A DNA stretch of 64,000 nt from an uncultured Lachnospiraceae bacterium. GTDB lineage: Bacteria; Bacillota; Clostridia; Lachnospirales; Lachnospiraceae. This document shows positions 30,122 to 39,995 of the stretch, in pieces. The notes beneath the pieces are model-generated. The model was not told the DNA's origin and searched no databases. It saw only the letters and a list, made by a program, of their open reading frames with translations. Where the stretch lies: the NCBI GenBank assembly GCA_947648875.1, contig CANSPM010000011.1, forward strand, positions 4,490 to 68,489. The letters are read 5' to 3'. The stretch's first letter is position 1; the number at the start of each line of letters is the position of its first letter. The position numbers and the translations under genes are program-made.

Positions 30122-30631
30122 ATGGACTATGCTGCAATTTTGGACGTGTTTACCAGGTACGGCGCAATCGCTATCTTTGTATTGGTATTTTTAGAGTACA
30201 TGAATTTGCCGGGGTTCCCGGCGGGGATTATCATGCCTCTGGCGGGTATAATGGCGGCGGGGGGAAATATCTCGTTCCCCTGGGTGATGATCATCACGGT
30301 GTCAGCGGGCCTGTTGGGGAGCCTGGTGCTTTATGTGCTGGGATTTACAGGCGGAAGGTTTTTTCTGGAAAAATATATGAACAAATTTCCGAAACAGCGG
30401 CCAACAATAGAGAAATATCTGGCCTGGGTGCAGGAAAAAGGCGGAATGGGGCTGATTGCCGCAAAGCTGATTCCCATGATCCGCACACTGGTATCCATAC
30501 CTGCCGGGGTGTTTCGGATGAGGCTTAGTCAGTATGTAATCTGTTCCACCGTGGGCATCTTTATATGGAATCTGCTTTTTGTGGGAGCGGGGTATTTCTG
30601 TGGAGAGCAGGTTCTGAGCTGGTTTGCCTGA
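30122..30631 (+). CDS. DedA family (VTT domain) membrane protein
   Basis: ATG at 30122 follows AAAGGAGGAAG. 'FLEYMNLPGFPAGIIMPLAG' and 'KLIPMIRTLVSIPAGV' are DedA signature re-entrant loops. Confidence 0.8.
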   Translation: MDYAAILDVFTRYGAIAIFVLVFLEYMNLPGFPAGIIMPLAGIMAAGGNISFPWVMIITVSAGLLGSLVLYVLGFTGGRFFLEKYMNKFPKQRPTIEKYLAWVQEKGGMGLIAAKLIPMIRTLVSIPAGVFRMRLSQYVICSTVGIFIWNLLFVGAGYFCGEQVLSWFA

Positions 30632-30768
30632 GACGCGGCGGCCCCGCAGGGGATGAAGGACCGGGATACAGGAGAAATCTGAACGGAAAGATATATACGG
30701 AATGAGGGAAGACCGCAGGCGAAGCAGCAGTTGAATTTCAACTACAGGTATGCGGGGAAGGAGGAAAA

Positions 30769-32067
30769 ATGAAGATAGCAATGATGACGAACAATTATAA
30801 ACCTTATATTGGCGGCGTGCCAATATCCATAGAGCGTCTGACAAAGGCTCTGCGGGAGCAGGGGCACAGAGTGGTGGTCTTTGCGCCCAAGTATAAATAC
30901 CTGGGGGATGGACAGCAGGAGGAGGATGTTGTGCGTTACAGCACTTTAAGTCAGCGTTTTTACAGCAATACGGTGCTGCCCAATCCCCTGGACCCAGTGC
31001 TGGAGGAGACTTTCGCCCGGGAAAATTTCGACGTGATCCATGTGCATCATCCGGTACTGATCGGCAAGGTGGCGGCCCGCCTGTCCCAGAAATATAATAT
31101 TCCGTTGGTATATACATACCATACCCAGTATGAACAGTATCTGGACTATGCGGGTCCGATTCACTGGCTCAGTAGTGGGGCGGAAAAAGACAATCTGCTG
31201 GGCAGGCTCCGCTGCCGGAGCAGCCGGGCCATCAAACAGGAACTGGCTCCCTGGTATCTCAGCGGCTTTATGAGGCGCTGTCATACGGTTATCGCTCCCA
31301 CGGAAGGCATGAAACGGACTTTTAATATGCAGTATGGATATACCTATAACTGTCAGGCGGATGTGGCAGTGCTGCCCACAGGGCTGAACCAGGAGAGCTA
31401 TGAGGCCGCTCCGGAGACTGTCAGAGAGATCCGACAGCGCTATGGCAATGGTCAGATGCCCCTGCTGGTCACAGTATCCCGGCTGGGACATGAGAAAAAC
31501 GTGCCGTTTCTGCTGCGGTGTATGGCCCGTCTCAAACAGACTCTGCCGGATTTCCGGCTGATGGTCATTGGGGACGGTCCTCAGAGAGAGGAATATATGG
31601 ATCTGTGTGATCCGCTCGATATTCGTCAGCAGATTTGCTTTCTGGGAAGTCTGCCCAACCAGGAGATTGCGGCTCATATGGCGGCTGCGGACTGTTTTGT
31701 ATTTGCCTCTAAGACGGAGACCCAGGGGATCGTGATTCTGGAGGCCATGGCGGCAAAAACGCCTGTGGTAGCCCTGCGGGCCTCGGGAGTGGAGGATCTG
31801 GTGGTGGAAGGCGTCAGCGGGTATTTGTGCCCGGAGAAGGAAGACGCTTTCACGGAGCAGCTGCTGCGGGTATTGCAGAATGAGCCTCTGCGGGAGAGTC
31901 TGCGGACCGGGGCATTTGAGGCGGCGCTCCAGTATCGGGAAGATGCAGTTGCAGAAAAGGCCGTCAGGATATATACTGATACCTGTAGGCAATATGCGAC
32001 GGCACAGACAGGCGCCCAGATCAGTGTATTTCGGGATCTCCGGGAACGTCTGCGTCTGCCGGGCTGA
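30769..32067 (+). CDS. GT4-family glycosyltransferase (glycolipid-synthase-like)
   Basis: 432 aa. N-terminal 'MMTNNYKPYIGGVPISIERL' and the E-x7-E region 'ETQGIVILEAMAAKTPVVA' are present. Confidence 0.8.
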   Translation: MKIAMMTNNYKPYIGGVPISIERLTKALREQGHRVVVFAPKYKYLGDGQQEEDVVRYSTLSQRFYSNTVLPNPLDPVLEETFARENFDVIHVHHPVLIGKVAARLSQKYNIPLVYTYHTQYEQYLDYAGPIHWLSSGAEKDNLLGRLRCRSSRAIKQELAPWYLSGFMRRCHTVIAPTEGMKRTFNMQYGYTYNCQADVAVLPTGLNQESYEAAPETVREIRQRYGNGQMPLLVTVSRLGHEKNVPFLLRCMARLKQTLPDFRLMVIGDGPQREEYMDLCDPLDIRQQICFLGSLPNQEIAAHMAAADCFVFASKTETQGIVILEAMAAKTPVVALRASGVEDLVVEGVSGYLCPEKEDAFTEQLLRVLQNEPLRESLRTGAFEAALQYREDAVAEKAVRIYTDTCRQYATAQTGAQISVFRDLRERLRLPG

Positions 32068-32147
32068 TTCTGTGAACACATCGGGTTGTGCTGACAAACG
32101 GTATTTGCTCTTGCCTGCAAATTGAATGATAAGGGAGAGTAAACAGT

Positions 32148-32861
32148 ATGAATCAGCAAGAGTACAGTATCCTGGTGGTGGAGGATGACAGAGAGATACG
32201 GCAGGGAATTGAGATTTATCTGCGCAACCAGGGATATCAGGTCTATCAGGCCGCCAATGGTCAGGAAGGGCTGGAGATCGTAAAGAACAGGGAGCTGCAT
32301 CTGGTGATCCTGGACGTGATGATGCCGGTGATGGACGGAATCACCATGCTGATGAAGACCAGGGATCTGGGATATGAATTTCCGGTATTGATGCTGTCGG
32401 CCAAGTCCGAGGAAGTGGATAAGATCATGGGGCTGAACATGGGGGCGGATGATTATATTTCCAAACCCTTTACACCGCTGGAACTGTTGGCCAGAGTAAA
32501 TTCTCATCTGCGGCGATACAGCAAATATATGAGCGCTGTGAGCGGTGAATCGGCAAGGGAGCATATTTATACACTGGGCGGATTGGAACTGAACGAGGAC
32601 AGTGTGGAATTGACTGTGGACGGGGAGCCGGTGAAGCTCACTCCCATGGAATTTAAAATAGTGCAGCTGTTGATGAAGAACCCGGGCCGGGTGTTCTCTG
32701 CGGATGAAATCTACGAGCGGGTCTGGAACGAGAAGGCAGTCAACACGGATACCATTATGGTCCATGTGCGGAATATCCGGGAAAAAATAGAGATAGATCC
32801 CAAGAATCCCAAGTACTTGAAAGTGGTATGGGGCGTAGGGTATAAGATGGAAAAACAGTAG
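32148..32861 (+). CDS. OmpR/PhoB-family response regulator
   Basis: Receiver domain 'ILVVEDD...LVILDVMMPVMDG...LSAKSEEVDK' plus a winged-helix C-terminus 'LTPMEFKIVQLL...VWGVGYK'. Confidence 0.9.
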   Translation: MNQQEYSILVVEDDREIRQGIEIYLRNQGYQVYQAANGQEGLEIVKNRELHLVILDVMMPVMDGITMLMKTRDLGYEFPVLMLSAKSEEVDKIMGLNMGADDYISKPFTPLELLARVNSHLRRYSKYMSAVSGESAREHIYTLGGLELNEDSVELTVDGEPVKLTPMEFKIVQLLMKNPGRVFSADEIYERVWNEKAVNTDTIMVHVRNIREKIEIDPKNPKYLKVVWGVGYKMEKQ

Positions 32862-32888
32862 ACAAAGGAAAGGTGGAGGCAAAGGGGA

Positions 32889-35318
32889 TTGGCAATGAAA
32901 AAGGGGAAGCAGAAAACAGAAGTTGTTCTGACCGAGTCCGGGCAGCAGATACTCCCGATACCCAAAAAGAAAAAATGGCAGAATATATGGCGGCTGGGAG
33001 CGATGCTGTCTCTGGCAGGCGCGATTGTGATCCTGACACGTTACATGAATATCTCCCAGATCTACCGGTCCGAACCCTCGATTTCCGATCTCTACAAGGT
33101 GGGAAACTGCACCCTCTATAACTATGTGCTGTACCATGATCTCTATAATGTGGTCAATGGCAGCCATCTTACTTTTGATCAGTTGTATGGTGTGTCTGAG
33201 AAGGAGCAGCAGGAACTGGATCTAAGCAACACTTTGATTGAGCAGGGGCAGGCTCTCCTTATGGACGCTGACATGGAGAAGACGCGACAACTCTGGGAAT
33301 GGGTAATGGACCAGTCTCTTTTGAATGTGTATACCTATCTGGGGGAGTGTCTGGATTCCCTGAGTCGTGATATGCAGAATAAAATGGGGGCCCTTGACTA
33401 TTGGATACAGGATCTTGAGACAGGAACCATAGTCACCAACACTTTGCAGACGGAGAAAGGGCAGGACTTCTCGGTACAGGAATACGCAGTCTGGTTCAGG
33501 ATGGACTATGATGCGGCCGGGAATCTTTCCGTTAAGGCAGCGAAGGATAATGATTCCAATACCCTTGCCAAAACGCTTTATGACAGCAACCGAAAAGGGT
33601 TGTACGGTGTTTATGTACAGGAGGGAGATATTAAACAATATGTGCCTCAAAATATAGAGCTGGAAGACCATGATTACGGCTATGTGGGAATTGCGGTATC
33701 GGATTCTTCTTTTATAAGCCAGCTGGAGCAGCGGGTACTCGGTTATGGCGGTCCCAGAGACTGCACGGTTATCTATGGGATCAAGAGTAGCCAGTGGGAG
33801 ACGATAGTGGGCAATTACCGGGCGCAAATTGATTATATGGATATTTACAGGGAGTATGAGTATGACGGTCTGGGCAGGATCTTTCTGACCATTGCTGCCA
33901 TGCTGTTTGGCTGGGGCTTTTTTTACGGCAATCCCCGCAGGGAAGAAAAGAAGCAGCTCCGGCATTTCCACCGGGCTCCGGCGGAGGCGGTGGCAGTGGG
34001 AATGTTGGCGTTTATGAGAACACCGGAACTGATCATCAGCCGGGCCACCCTGCTGTACATGAATAACAATCCCGGCTATTATCTGCACACGGTTTCTTGG
34101 TGGACCTGGGGAGACAGACTGGCTTACGGCGTACATCTGCTGGCGGCGGCGGGATTGTTCTTTGCCGCCTGGTATATGGGCTGCTGCCTGGGGGAGGTGC
34201 GTAGACTGGGGGTCAGAGGATACCTGCGTAAACGCATGATCTGTTCGCGGTTCTGGATTTGGTGCAAGGAGCGGATTCGGCGGTATTACCAGGCACTTGT
34301 GAACCTGGATATCACCAGAGATTCCCGCAGACAGGTGATCAAATTGCTGATTATCAATGGCATTGTAGTGCTGTTGCTCTGTACGATGTGGGTGGCCGGG
34401 TGGTTTGGGGTGATCGTCTATTCGCTCTTATTGTATTTTGTGATAAAACAATATATCAGTGACTTGCAGAAAAAGTACAGCATTCTGCTACAGGCTACCA
34501 ACGAGATAGCCAACGGCAACCTGGAAGTAAAAATAGCGGAACATCTGGGCATGTTTGAACCCTTTAAGCCTCAGATCTACCGGATTGAGGAGGGGTTTCA
34601 GAAAGCGGTGGCGGAGGAGGTGAAGAGTCAGCGCATGAAGACGGAACTGATTACCAATGTGTCCCATGATTTAAAGACGCCTCTGACGGCGATTATCACA
34701 TATGTGAACCTGTTGAAGGAGAAAAATGTCACTGAGGAACAGCGAATGCAATATCTACAGATTCTGGAACAGAAGTCTCTGCGATTGAAAGCACTGATTG
34801 AGGATCTGTTTGAGATCAGCAAGGCCAACAGCAAGAATGTGACGTTGAATCTGGTGGATGTGGATCTTGTCAATCTTCTGCGACAGGTTGAATTTGAGCA
34901 GGAGGACCGATTGGAGGAGAGAAATCTGGCGGTGCGGCTGCGGCTCCCGGAGGAGAAAGTGATTGTGCGGCTGGACAGCCAGAAAGCCTACCGAATCTAT
35001 GAGAATCTGTTTGGTAATATCATCAAATACGCCCTGGAGGGCACCCGGATCTATGTGGATCTGGAGCAGTCCGGAAATGAGGTGACGGTACGGCTGAAAA
35101 ATATCACGGAGCAGGAGATTACGGTGAGCGCCGAGGAACTGACGGAACGTTTTGTCAGGGGGGACACCTCCCGGGGCACAGAGGGAAGCGGCCTGGGACT
35201 GGCCATCGTCCGCAGCTTTACCGAACTGATGGGCGGGCGGTTTTCTGTTACGGTGGACGGGGATCTGTTCACAGCCAGCACCACCTGGGTATTGGAACAG
35301 GGACGGCTGCAATCTTAA
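32889..35318 (+). CDS. Sensor histidine kinase with a large N-terminal extracytoplasmic domain and a multi-TM block
   Basis: 809 aa. One TM near residue 40 is followed by ~280 aa that are predicted to be outside, then several TM segments. It also has a HAMP-like linker, H-box 'NVSHDLKTPLTAI' and G-box 'GSGLGLAIV'. Confidence 0.85.
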   Translation: MAMKKGKQKTEVVLTESGQQILPIPKKKKWQNIWRLGAMLSLAGAIVILTRYMNISQIYRSEPSISDLYKVGNCTLYNYVLYHDLYNVVNGSHLTFDQLYGVSEKEQQELDLSNTLIEQGQALLMDADMEKTRQLWEWVMDQSLLNVYTYLGECLDSLSRDMQNKMGALDYWIQDLETGTIVTNTLQTEKGQDFSVQEYAVWFRMDYDAAGNLSVKAAKDNDSNTLAKTLYDSNRKGLYGVYVQEGDIKQYVPQNIELEDHDYGYVGIAVSDSSFISQLEQRVLGYGGPRDCTVIYGIKSSQWETIVGNYRAQIDYMDIYREYEYDGLGRIFLTIAAMLFGWGFFYGNPRREEKKQLRHFHRAPAEAVAVGMLAFMRTPELIISRATLLYMNNNPGYYLHTVSWWTWGDRLAYGVHLLAAAGLFFAAWYMGCCLGEVRRLGVRGYLRKRMICSRFWIWCKERIRRYYQALVNLDITRDSRRQVIKLLIINGIVVLLLCTMWVAGWFGVIVYSLLLYFVIKQYISDLQKKYSILLQATNEIANGNLEVKIAEHLGMFEPFKPQIYRIEEGFQKAVAEEVKSQRMKTELITNVSHDLKTPLTAIITYVNLLKEKNVTEEQRMQYLQILEQKSLRLKALIEDLFEISKANSKNVTLNLVDVDLVNLLRQVEFEQEDRLEERNLAVRLRLPEEKVIVRLDSQKAYRIYENLFGNIIKYALEGTRIYVDLEQSGNEVTVRLKNITEQEITVSAEELTERFVRGDTSRGTEGSGLGLAIVRSFTELMGGRFSVTVDGDLFTASTTWVLEQGRLQS

Positions 35319-35339
35319 AAATGTGAAAGCGTGGCGAAT

Positions 35340-36233
35340 TTATACACTGCCGACCTGCTCCAGAAAGGCGTTCATTGCGGCGGAAGGTTTGGCGGACCGG
35401 GGATAGGCAAAGCCGATGCGACGAGGGGGTATTGGCTCTCTGATGGAACATTCCACCAGGGAGCCTTCTTTTAGTTCTCTTTGGACAAACTCACCGATGA
35501 CGCAGGCGATCCCAAGACCGATACGGGCGAAATCAATGAGCAGATCCATGGTGGTGACTTCTACCTGATGCTCCATGGTGATGTTTTGCAGTAACATATG
35601 TTTATCCATATATTGGCGGGTTATATTGTTTTTGTTGAGCAGAAGAAAGGTGCCCTGGGTCAGCAGATCCCCGTTTTCGCCGGACTGTTCCCGTAGCTTG
35701 TCCAGATATTCCGGGGAACAGACAAAGATATCATGGATTTTCCGGATGGGGAGAAAGGACAGATGGCTGTTCTCCATGCGCTCGCTTTCGCCCACCAGCC
35801 CCAGATCCAGCGTTCCGTTTTCCAGAGAAGCCATGGTCTCATAGGTGGACTGACAGGACAGGGATACTTTGACATAGGGATTGGCGGCGATATAGTCCTG
35901 CAAATAGGGCAGCAGGACATATTTGCACAGGGTGGTGCTGACACCCATGGACAGGCTGCCTGCGCCCAGCAAGTCATTTCTGCTGATCATTTCCTCTCCC
36001 TGGCGAATGGCCTGGAAAGCGGTGTCCAGATGTTTATATAAAAGTTTCCCGTTCTCCGTCAATGCCACTCCCCGGGAATTGCGGATCAGCAGGGGCGAGG
36101 CAAAGGATTCCTCCAGCCGGGAGATGGATTTACTCACGGCGGGCTGGCTGATATACAGCTTTTTGGCGGCGGCGGAAATATTGCCGCACCGGGCTACGGT
36201 GTAAAAGATATGATATAGATTCAACTGGTTCAT
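35340..36233 (-). CDS. LysR-family transcriptional regulator
   Basis: ATG at 36233. HTH motif 'FYTVARCGNISAAAKKLYISQPAVSKSISRLEE'. About 297 aa. The longer ORF to 36347 is rejected because it adds a basic N-terminal extension with no similarity. Confidence 0.85.
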   Translation of the reverse strand: MNQLNLYHIFYTVARCGNISAAAKKLYISQPAVSKSISRLEESFASPLLIRNSRGVALTENGKLLYKHLDTAFQAIRQGEEMISRNDLLGAGSLSMGVSTTLCKYVLLPYLQDYIAANPYVKVSLSCQSTYETMASLENGTLDLGLVGESERMENSHLSFLPIRKIHDIFVCSPEYLDKLREQSGENGDLLTQGTFLLLNKNNITRQYMDKHMLLQNITMEHQVEVTTMDLLIDFARIGLGIACVIGEFVQRELKEGSLVECSIREPIPPRRIGFAYPRSAKPSAAMNAFLEQVGSV

Positions 36234-36267
36234 GCGTAATACCTCTCTGGGGCATTTATGATCTGTG

Positions 36268-36283
36268 AGCGCTTTATAGCGCT
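36268..36283. promoter_or_regulatory. Candidate LysR autoregulatory site (two AGCGCT hexamers)
   Basis: AGCGCT-TTAT-AGCGCT lies 35-50 nt upstream of the LysR start. This is only a pattern observation. Confidence 0.25.
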
Positions 36284-36439
36284 TCCGTCGTTTGAGAAAA
36301 CTCCCATGTATACGCTTGATTATACGATATTTGCCTGCTGCCCGCAACGCATATTTACAGGTTTGCTTTCAGCAGACCAACAGCCTCCAAAAGGTGAAAC
36401 CAGGACAGGCGCGTTTTCGGAAATTCAATAAAATTACTC

Positions 36440-36468
36440 TGGACAGAATGGGAAAAAAGGAATAAAAT
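36440..36468 (+). promoter_or_regulatory. SigA-type promoter of the fur-family / chemoreceptor operon
   Basis: TGGACA (36440-36445), 17-nt spacer, TAAAAT (36463-36468). Confidence 0.5.
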
Positions 36469-36482
36469 TAGAATTATTCTAA
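36468..36482. promoter_or_regulatory. Perfect 7-1-7 Fur-family box (PerR/Fur/Zur-type operator)
   Basis: TTAGAAT-T-ATTCTAA is a perfect inverted repeat that abuts the -10 element. It has the same architecture as the B. subtilis boxes TTATAATnATTATAA (PerR), TGATAATnATTATCA (Fur) and TCGTAATnATTACGA (Zur). Confidence 0.55.
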
Positions 36483-36554
36483 ATCAAAGATGGGAATCCG
36501 TAAATCGTAGATCCGTCGGTACGCCGCAAACCGATTTTGTTTAAAAGGAGTACT

Positions 36555-36923
36555 ATGACTGAAAATGCCAAACGAATTTTAAAGATCATTCATGCTTCCA
36601 GTGAACATTTATCCGCCGAACAGATATTTCTGCGTCTGAAAGAAGACAATCAGGGCGTTGTTCTGGCTACCGTATACAACAATCTGGCATCCCTTTATAA
36701 GCAGGGACTTGTCCGCAAGATTTCGGCTGAAGGCTATCCGGACCGTTATGACAACATACGGCAGCATGATCACCTTATTTGCAAAAACTGCGGAAAACTG
36801 TCAGATATCCAACTAGAGGATCTGACGGAGAAACTACGGGAACAGACGGGTATTCCCATACTTTCCTATGATTTGAAAATTCATTATATATGTGAGGATT
36901 GCCGTAATACACAATCATCTTGA
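36555..36923 (+). CDS. Fur-family metalloregulator (PerR-like)
   Basis: ATG at 36555 follows AAAAGGAG. 'LATVYNNLASLYKQGLV' recognition-helix region, 'QHDHLICKNCG' and 'YICEDCR' (2 x CxxC structural Zn site). Confidence 0.8.
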   Translation: MTENAKRILKIIHASSEHLSAEQIFLRLKEDNQGVVLATVYNNLASLYKQGLVRKISAEGYPDRYDNIRQHDHLICKNCGKLSDIQLEDLTEKLREQTGIPILSYDLKIHYICEDCRNTQSS

Positions 36924-36968
36924 TCTGTTTATGCATAACATTCAGCCATTGAGGAAAGGAACATCTCT

Positions 36969-38402
36969 ATGAAAATCAGAAAAAAAGCATTTGATACAAC
37001 CATTGAATCTATATCCAGACTTGTGCCCATGGACTATGACACCCGCAACGGAGCGCTTAACGATATCCATCGGCGTCTGATGAAAGGGCGCGGAGAATTT
37101 GAACGGGCCGCGACAAAGTGTATGGATGCCGTCATTCGCATGAGCGCCATGGATTTGACGCTGGAAACCAACGCCTCCGTTATAGAGCAGGTCAACACTT
37201 CCACAGCCGCCGCAGTGGAAATGATTAATGAAGCGGCGAACTCTACTGCAAGAATCACCTCGGAGGTAGCGAAAGCGCATGAGAATCTGACGGAAACCAT
37301 CCTTGAGGTCTCCAGTGAATCCAGCAATATTATGGAAGATATCCGCAATTGCGAAAATGAGTTGACTTCCATTTCCGGACTGTCCACCACTGCCATATCC
37401 ACGGCCCAGGGGATGAAGAAGGATCTTCATGGGTTAATCGAGGTCATCGAAAATATGACAAGGGTTGTGGATGCAATCAACGCAATCTCATCCCAGACAA
37501 ATCTTCTGGCGTTAAACGCGTCTATTGAAGCCGCGCGCGCCGGAGATGCCGGAAAAGGATTTTCGGTTGTAGCCGAGGAAATCCGCACACTTGCGGAGGA
37601 AACAAAAAGCCTGACCAAACGCATGGGAACTTTTGTGAATGCTGTACAGGACGCTTCCAACAAGAGTGCTGATAGTGTTGAAACCACGGTGGCCGAGCTG
37701 GAACACATCAATGAAAATATTCAGAATGTGTGGAAAATTACAGGAAACAATCGCAGGGGCATGGATCATATTAATGACTCCGTTTCCTCACTGGCTGCGG
37801 TCAGCGAAGAAATCAGCAGTTCCATGTATGAACTGGACAATCAGATGCAGCATGTGAGCGACGAATGCCAGCGCCTGCACAGTAATACAGAGTCACTTAA
37901 ATTATCCAGCCTTTCGATTTCAGAACTTGTGGAACCGTCGAAAGCCATCGAAAAACATTTGGAAGAATCCACAAAGATAATGGGTTCCATGGTACAGGAC
38001 GCGTTTTACATGCTGGATAACCAGGTCCTCCTGAACTGTTTGAACAGCGCGGTTGACGCGCACCGCAACTGGCTTAACACCCTGCGGGAAATGGCCCAAA
38101 GCGGTACATTGAAAGTTTTGCAAACCGATTGTACCAAGTGCGGACTTGGTCATTTCTATTATGCTTTTAAACCAGTCAATCCGCAGATTGCCAGTATCTG
38201 GAAAGAATTGGAAGGAAAGCATAAAACTTTTCATTCCTGTGGAACGGATATGATCTCTGCCATACAGGCCGGACACGGCGGGGATTTACAGCGAATTTAT
38301 GAAAAGGCTGAGTTATGCTCCCAGGAATTAATCGCTGATTTTCAGGCGGTGATACGGATTACGGAAACATTGTCCGGGAAAAATGTGCGGATTTTTGAGT
38401 AG
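36969..38402 (+). CDS. Soluble methyl-accepting chemotaxis protein with a C-terminal CZB (chemoreceptor zinc-binding) domain
   Basis: No TM segment is seen. The MCP signalling hairpin is '[39 protein letters not shown]'. The CZB pattern is 'HRNWLNTL' ... '[11 protein letters not shown]' ... 'HKTFHSCG' (H-x3-W, C-x-L-G, H-x3-H). Confidence 0.8.
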   Translation: MKIRKKAFDTTIESISRLVPMDYDTRNGALNDIHRRLMKGRGEFERAATKCMDAVIRMSAMDLTLETNASVIEQVNTSTAAAVEMINEAANSTARITSEVAKAHENLTETILEVSSESSNIMEDIRNCENELTSISGLSTTAISTAQGMKKDLHGLIEVIENMTRVVDAINAISSQTNLLALNASIEAARAGDAGKGFSVVAEEIRTLAEETKSLTKRMGTFVNAVQDASNKSADSVETTVAELEHINENIQNVWKITGNNRRGMDHINDSVSSLAAVSEEISSSMYELDNQMQHVSDECQRLHSNTESLKLSSLSISELVEPSKAIEKHLEESTKIMGSMVQDAFYMLDNQVLLNCLNSAVDAHRNWLNTLREMAQSGTLKVLQTDCTKCGLGHFYYAFKPVNPQIASIWKELEGKHKTFHSCGTDMISAIQAGHGGDLQRIYEKAELCSQELIADFQAVIRITETLSGKNVRIFE

Positions 38403-38504
38403 GGACCGGTACATACCCCAATTTGGGTGCTTCTTTTACAGCAGCGGACGGAATAGGAAAGAAATTTATAACCTGTGGTTATGGAAAATATAAATATTAT
38501 ATAT

Positions 38505-38533
38505 TTGAAGAATAACAGAAAATGTGTTAGGAT
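38505..38533 (+). promoter_or_regulatory. SigA-type promoter upstream of leuC
   Basis: TTGAAG (38505-38510), 17-nt spacer, extended -10 TGtTAGGAT (38525-38533). Confidence 0.5.
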
Positions 38534-38552
38534 GAGAACAGATCAAAACAGT

Positions 38553-38593
38553 GTCCCTGGAATTTGCAGCCTTATGACAGAATTTCCCGGGAC
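38553..38593 (+). promoter_or_regulatory. Leader hairpin between the leuC promoter and RBS (possible attenuator)
   Basis: GTCCCTGGAATTT pairs with AATTTCCCGGGAC (11 of 13 bp) around a 15-nt loop. TTTAT follows, then the AGGAGG RBS. Confidence 0.3.
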
Positions 38594-38615
38594 TTTATAC
38601 AGGAGGTAAGACGCG

Positions 38616-39878
38616 ATGGGAATGACAATGACGCAAAAGATTCTGGCGGCGGCGGCGGGACTTGACAAGGTGGAAGCAGGCCAGTTGATCGAGGCGAATC
38701 TGGATCTGGTGCTGGGCAATGACATCACCAGCCCGGTGGCCATCAAGGAGATGGACAAGATGAAGGTGCAGGGCGTGTTTGACAGGGATAAAATCGCCCT
38801 GGTGCCGGATCATTTTGTGCCTAACAAGGATATTAAGTCTGCGGAGCATTGCAAATGTGTGAGAGAGTTCGCCCGTAAGAACGAGATTACCAATTATTTT
38901 GAAGTGGGAGAGATGGGCATAGAACATGCGCTGCTGCCGGAGAGGGGACTGACGGTGGCGGGGGATGTGATTATTGGCGCGGATTCCCACACCTGTACTT
39001 ACGGCGCGCTGGGCGCCTTCTCCACCGGGGTGGGCAGTACGGACATGGCGGCAGGCATGGCCACGGGAAAAGCCTGGTTCAAAGTGCCCGGGGCGATTCG
39101 CTTTAACCTCACGGGCAGGCTGCCCAAATGGGTCAGCGGTAAGGATGTGATTCTGCATATTATCGGTATGATCGGTGTGGACGGCGCACTGTACAAGTCC
39201 ATGGAGTTTGTGGGGGAGGGCATTGCCAGTCTGTCCATGGACGACCGGTTTACCATCGCCAACATGGCCATTGAAGCCGGAGGAAAGAACGGGATTTTCC
39301 CTGTGGACGAGAAAGCTGTAAGCTATATGAAAGAGCACAGCGCCCGGCCTTACAAAATATATGAGGCGGACGCGGACGCGGTCTACGATCAGGAATACAC
39401 CGTTGATTTAAACACACTGCGACCCACTGTGGCGTTTCCGCATCTGCCGGAGAACACCCACACTATCGACGAAATTCGGGAGGATATTGTCATCGACCAG
39501 GTGGTGATCGGTTCCTGCACCAACGGACGGCTGGAGGATTTGCGGACGGCGGCGGAGGTGCTTAAGGGCCGTCATGTACAGAAGGGTATGCGCTGTATCG
39601 TGATCCCCGCCACCCAAGCCATCTATATGCAGGCTATGGAGGAGGGACTTCTGAAGATCTTTATAGAGGCCGGCGCCATTGTCAGCACGCCCACCTGCGG
39701 ACCCTGCCTGGGCGGTTATATGGGCATATTGGCGGAGGGGGAGCGCTGTGTCTCCACCACCAACCGCAACTTCGTGGGCCGCATGGGCCATGTGACCAGC
39801 GAAATCTATCTGGCCAGCCCCGCCGTGGCTGCCGCCAGCGCCGTGGCAGGTAAAATAGCCGGTCCGGAGCAGCTGTAG
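38616..39878 (+). CDS. leuC: 3-isopropylmalate dehydratase large subunit (~420-aa type)
   Basis: Aconitase-family motifs '[15 protein letters not shown]', 'GSCTNGR' and 'TCGPCLG' are present. Confidence 0.9.
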   Translation: MGMTMTQKILAAAAGLDKVEAGQLIEANLDLVLGNDITSPVAIKEMDKMKVQGVFDRDKIALVPDHFVPNKDIKSAEHCKCVREFARKNEITNYFEVGEMGIEHALLPERGLTVAGDVIIGADSHTCTYGALGAFSTGVGSTDMAAGMATGKAWFKVPGAIRFNLTGRLPKWVSGKDVILHIIGMIGVDGALYKSMEFVGEGIASLSMDDRFTIANMAIEAGGKNGIFPVDEKAVSYMKEHSARPYKIYEADADAVYDQEYTVDLNTLRPTVAFPHLPENTHTIDEIREDIVIDQVVIGSCTNGRLEDLRTAAEVLKGRHVQKGMRCIVIPATQAIYMQAMEEGLLKIFIEAGAIVSTPTCGPCLGGYMGILAEGERCVSTTNRNFVGRMGHVTSEIYLASPAVAAASAVAGKIAGPEQL

Positions 39879-39995
39879 AAGCTGCAAAGAGCAATGCTGC
39901 TTAAATGACAGCCTTCACATTGTGGAACGTTTAAGCCGGCGTAGCTGGAAATATTTTTTGGAGTAGTACTGAAAATATCAGAAAGAGGTGTAATT

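Noticed and set aside
30946-33167. Two overlapping minus-strand ORFs of 383 and 497 aa
   Set aside because: They are antisense to the GT4 glycosyltransferase, the response regulator and the start of the kinase, all of which have strong family motifs on the + strand. The products are low-complexity.
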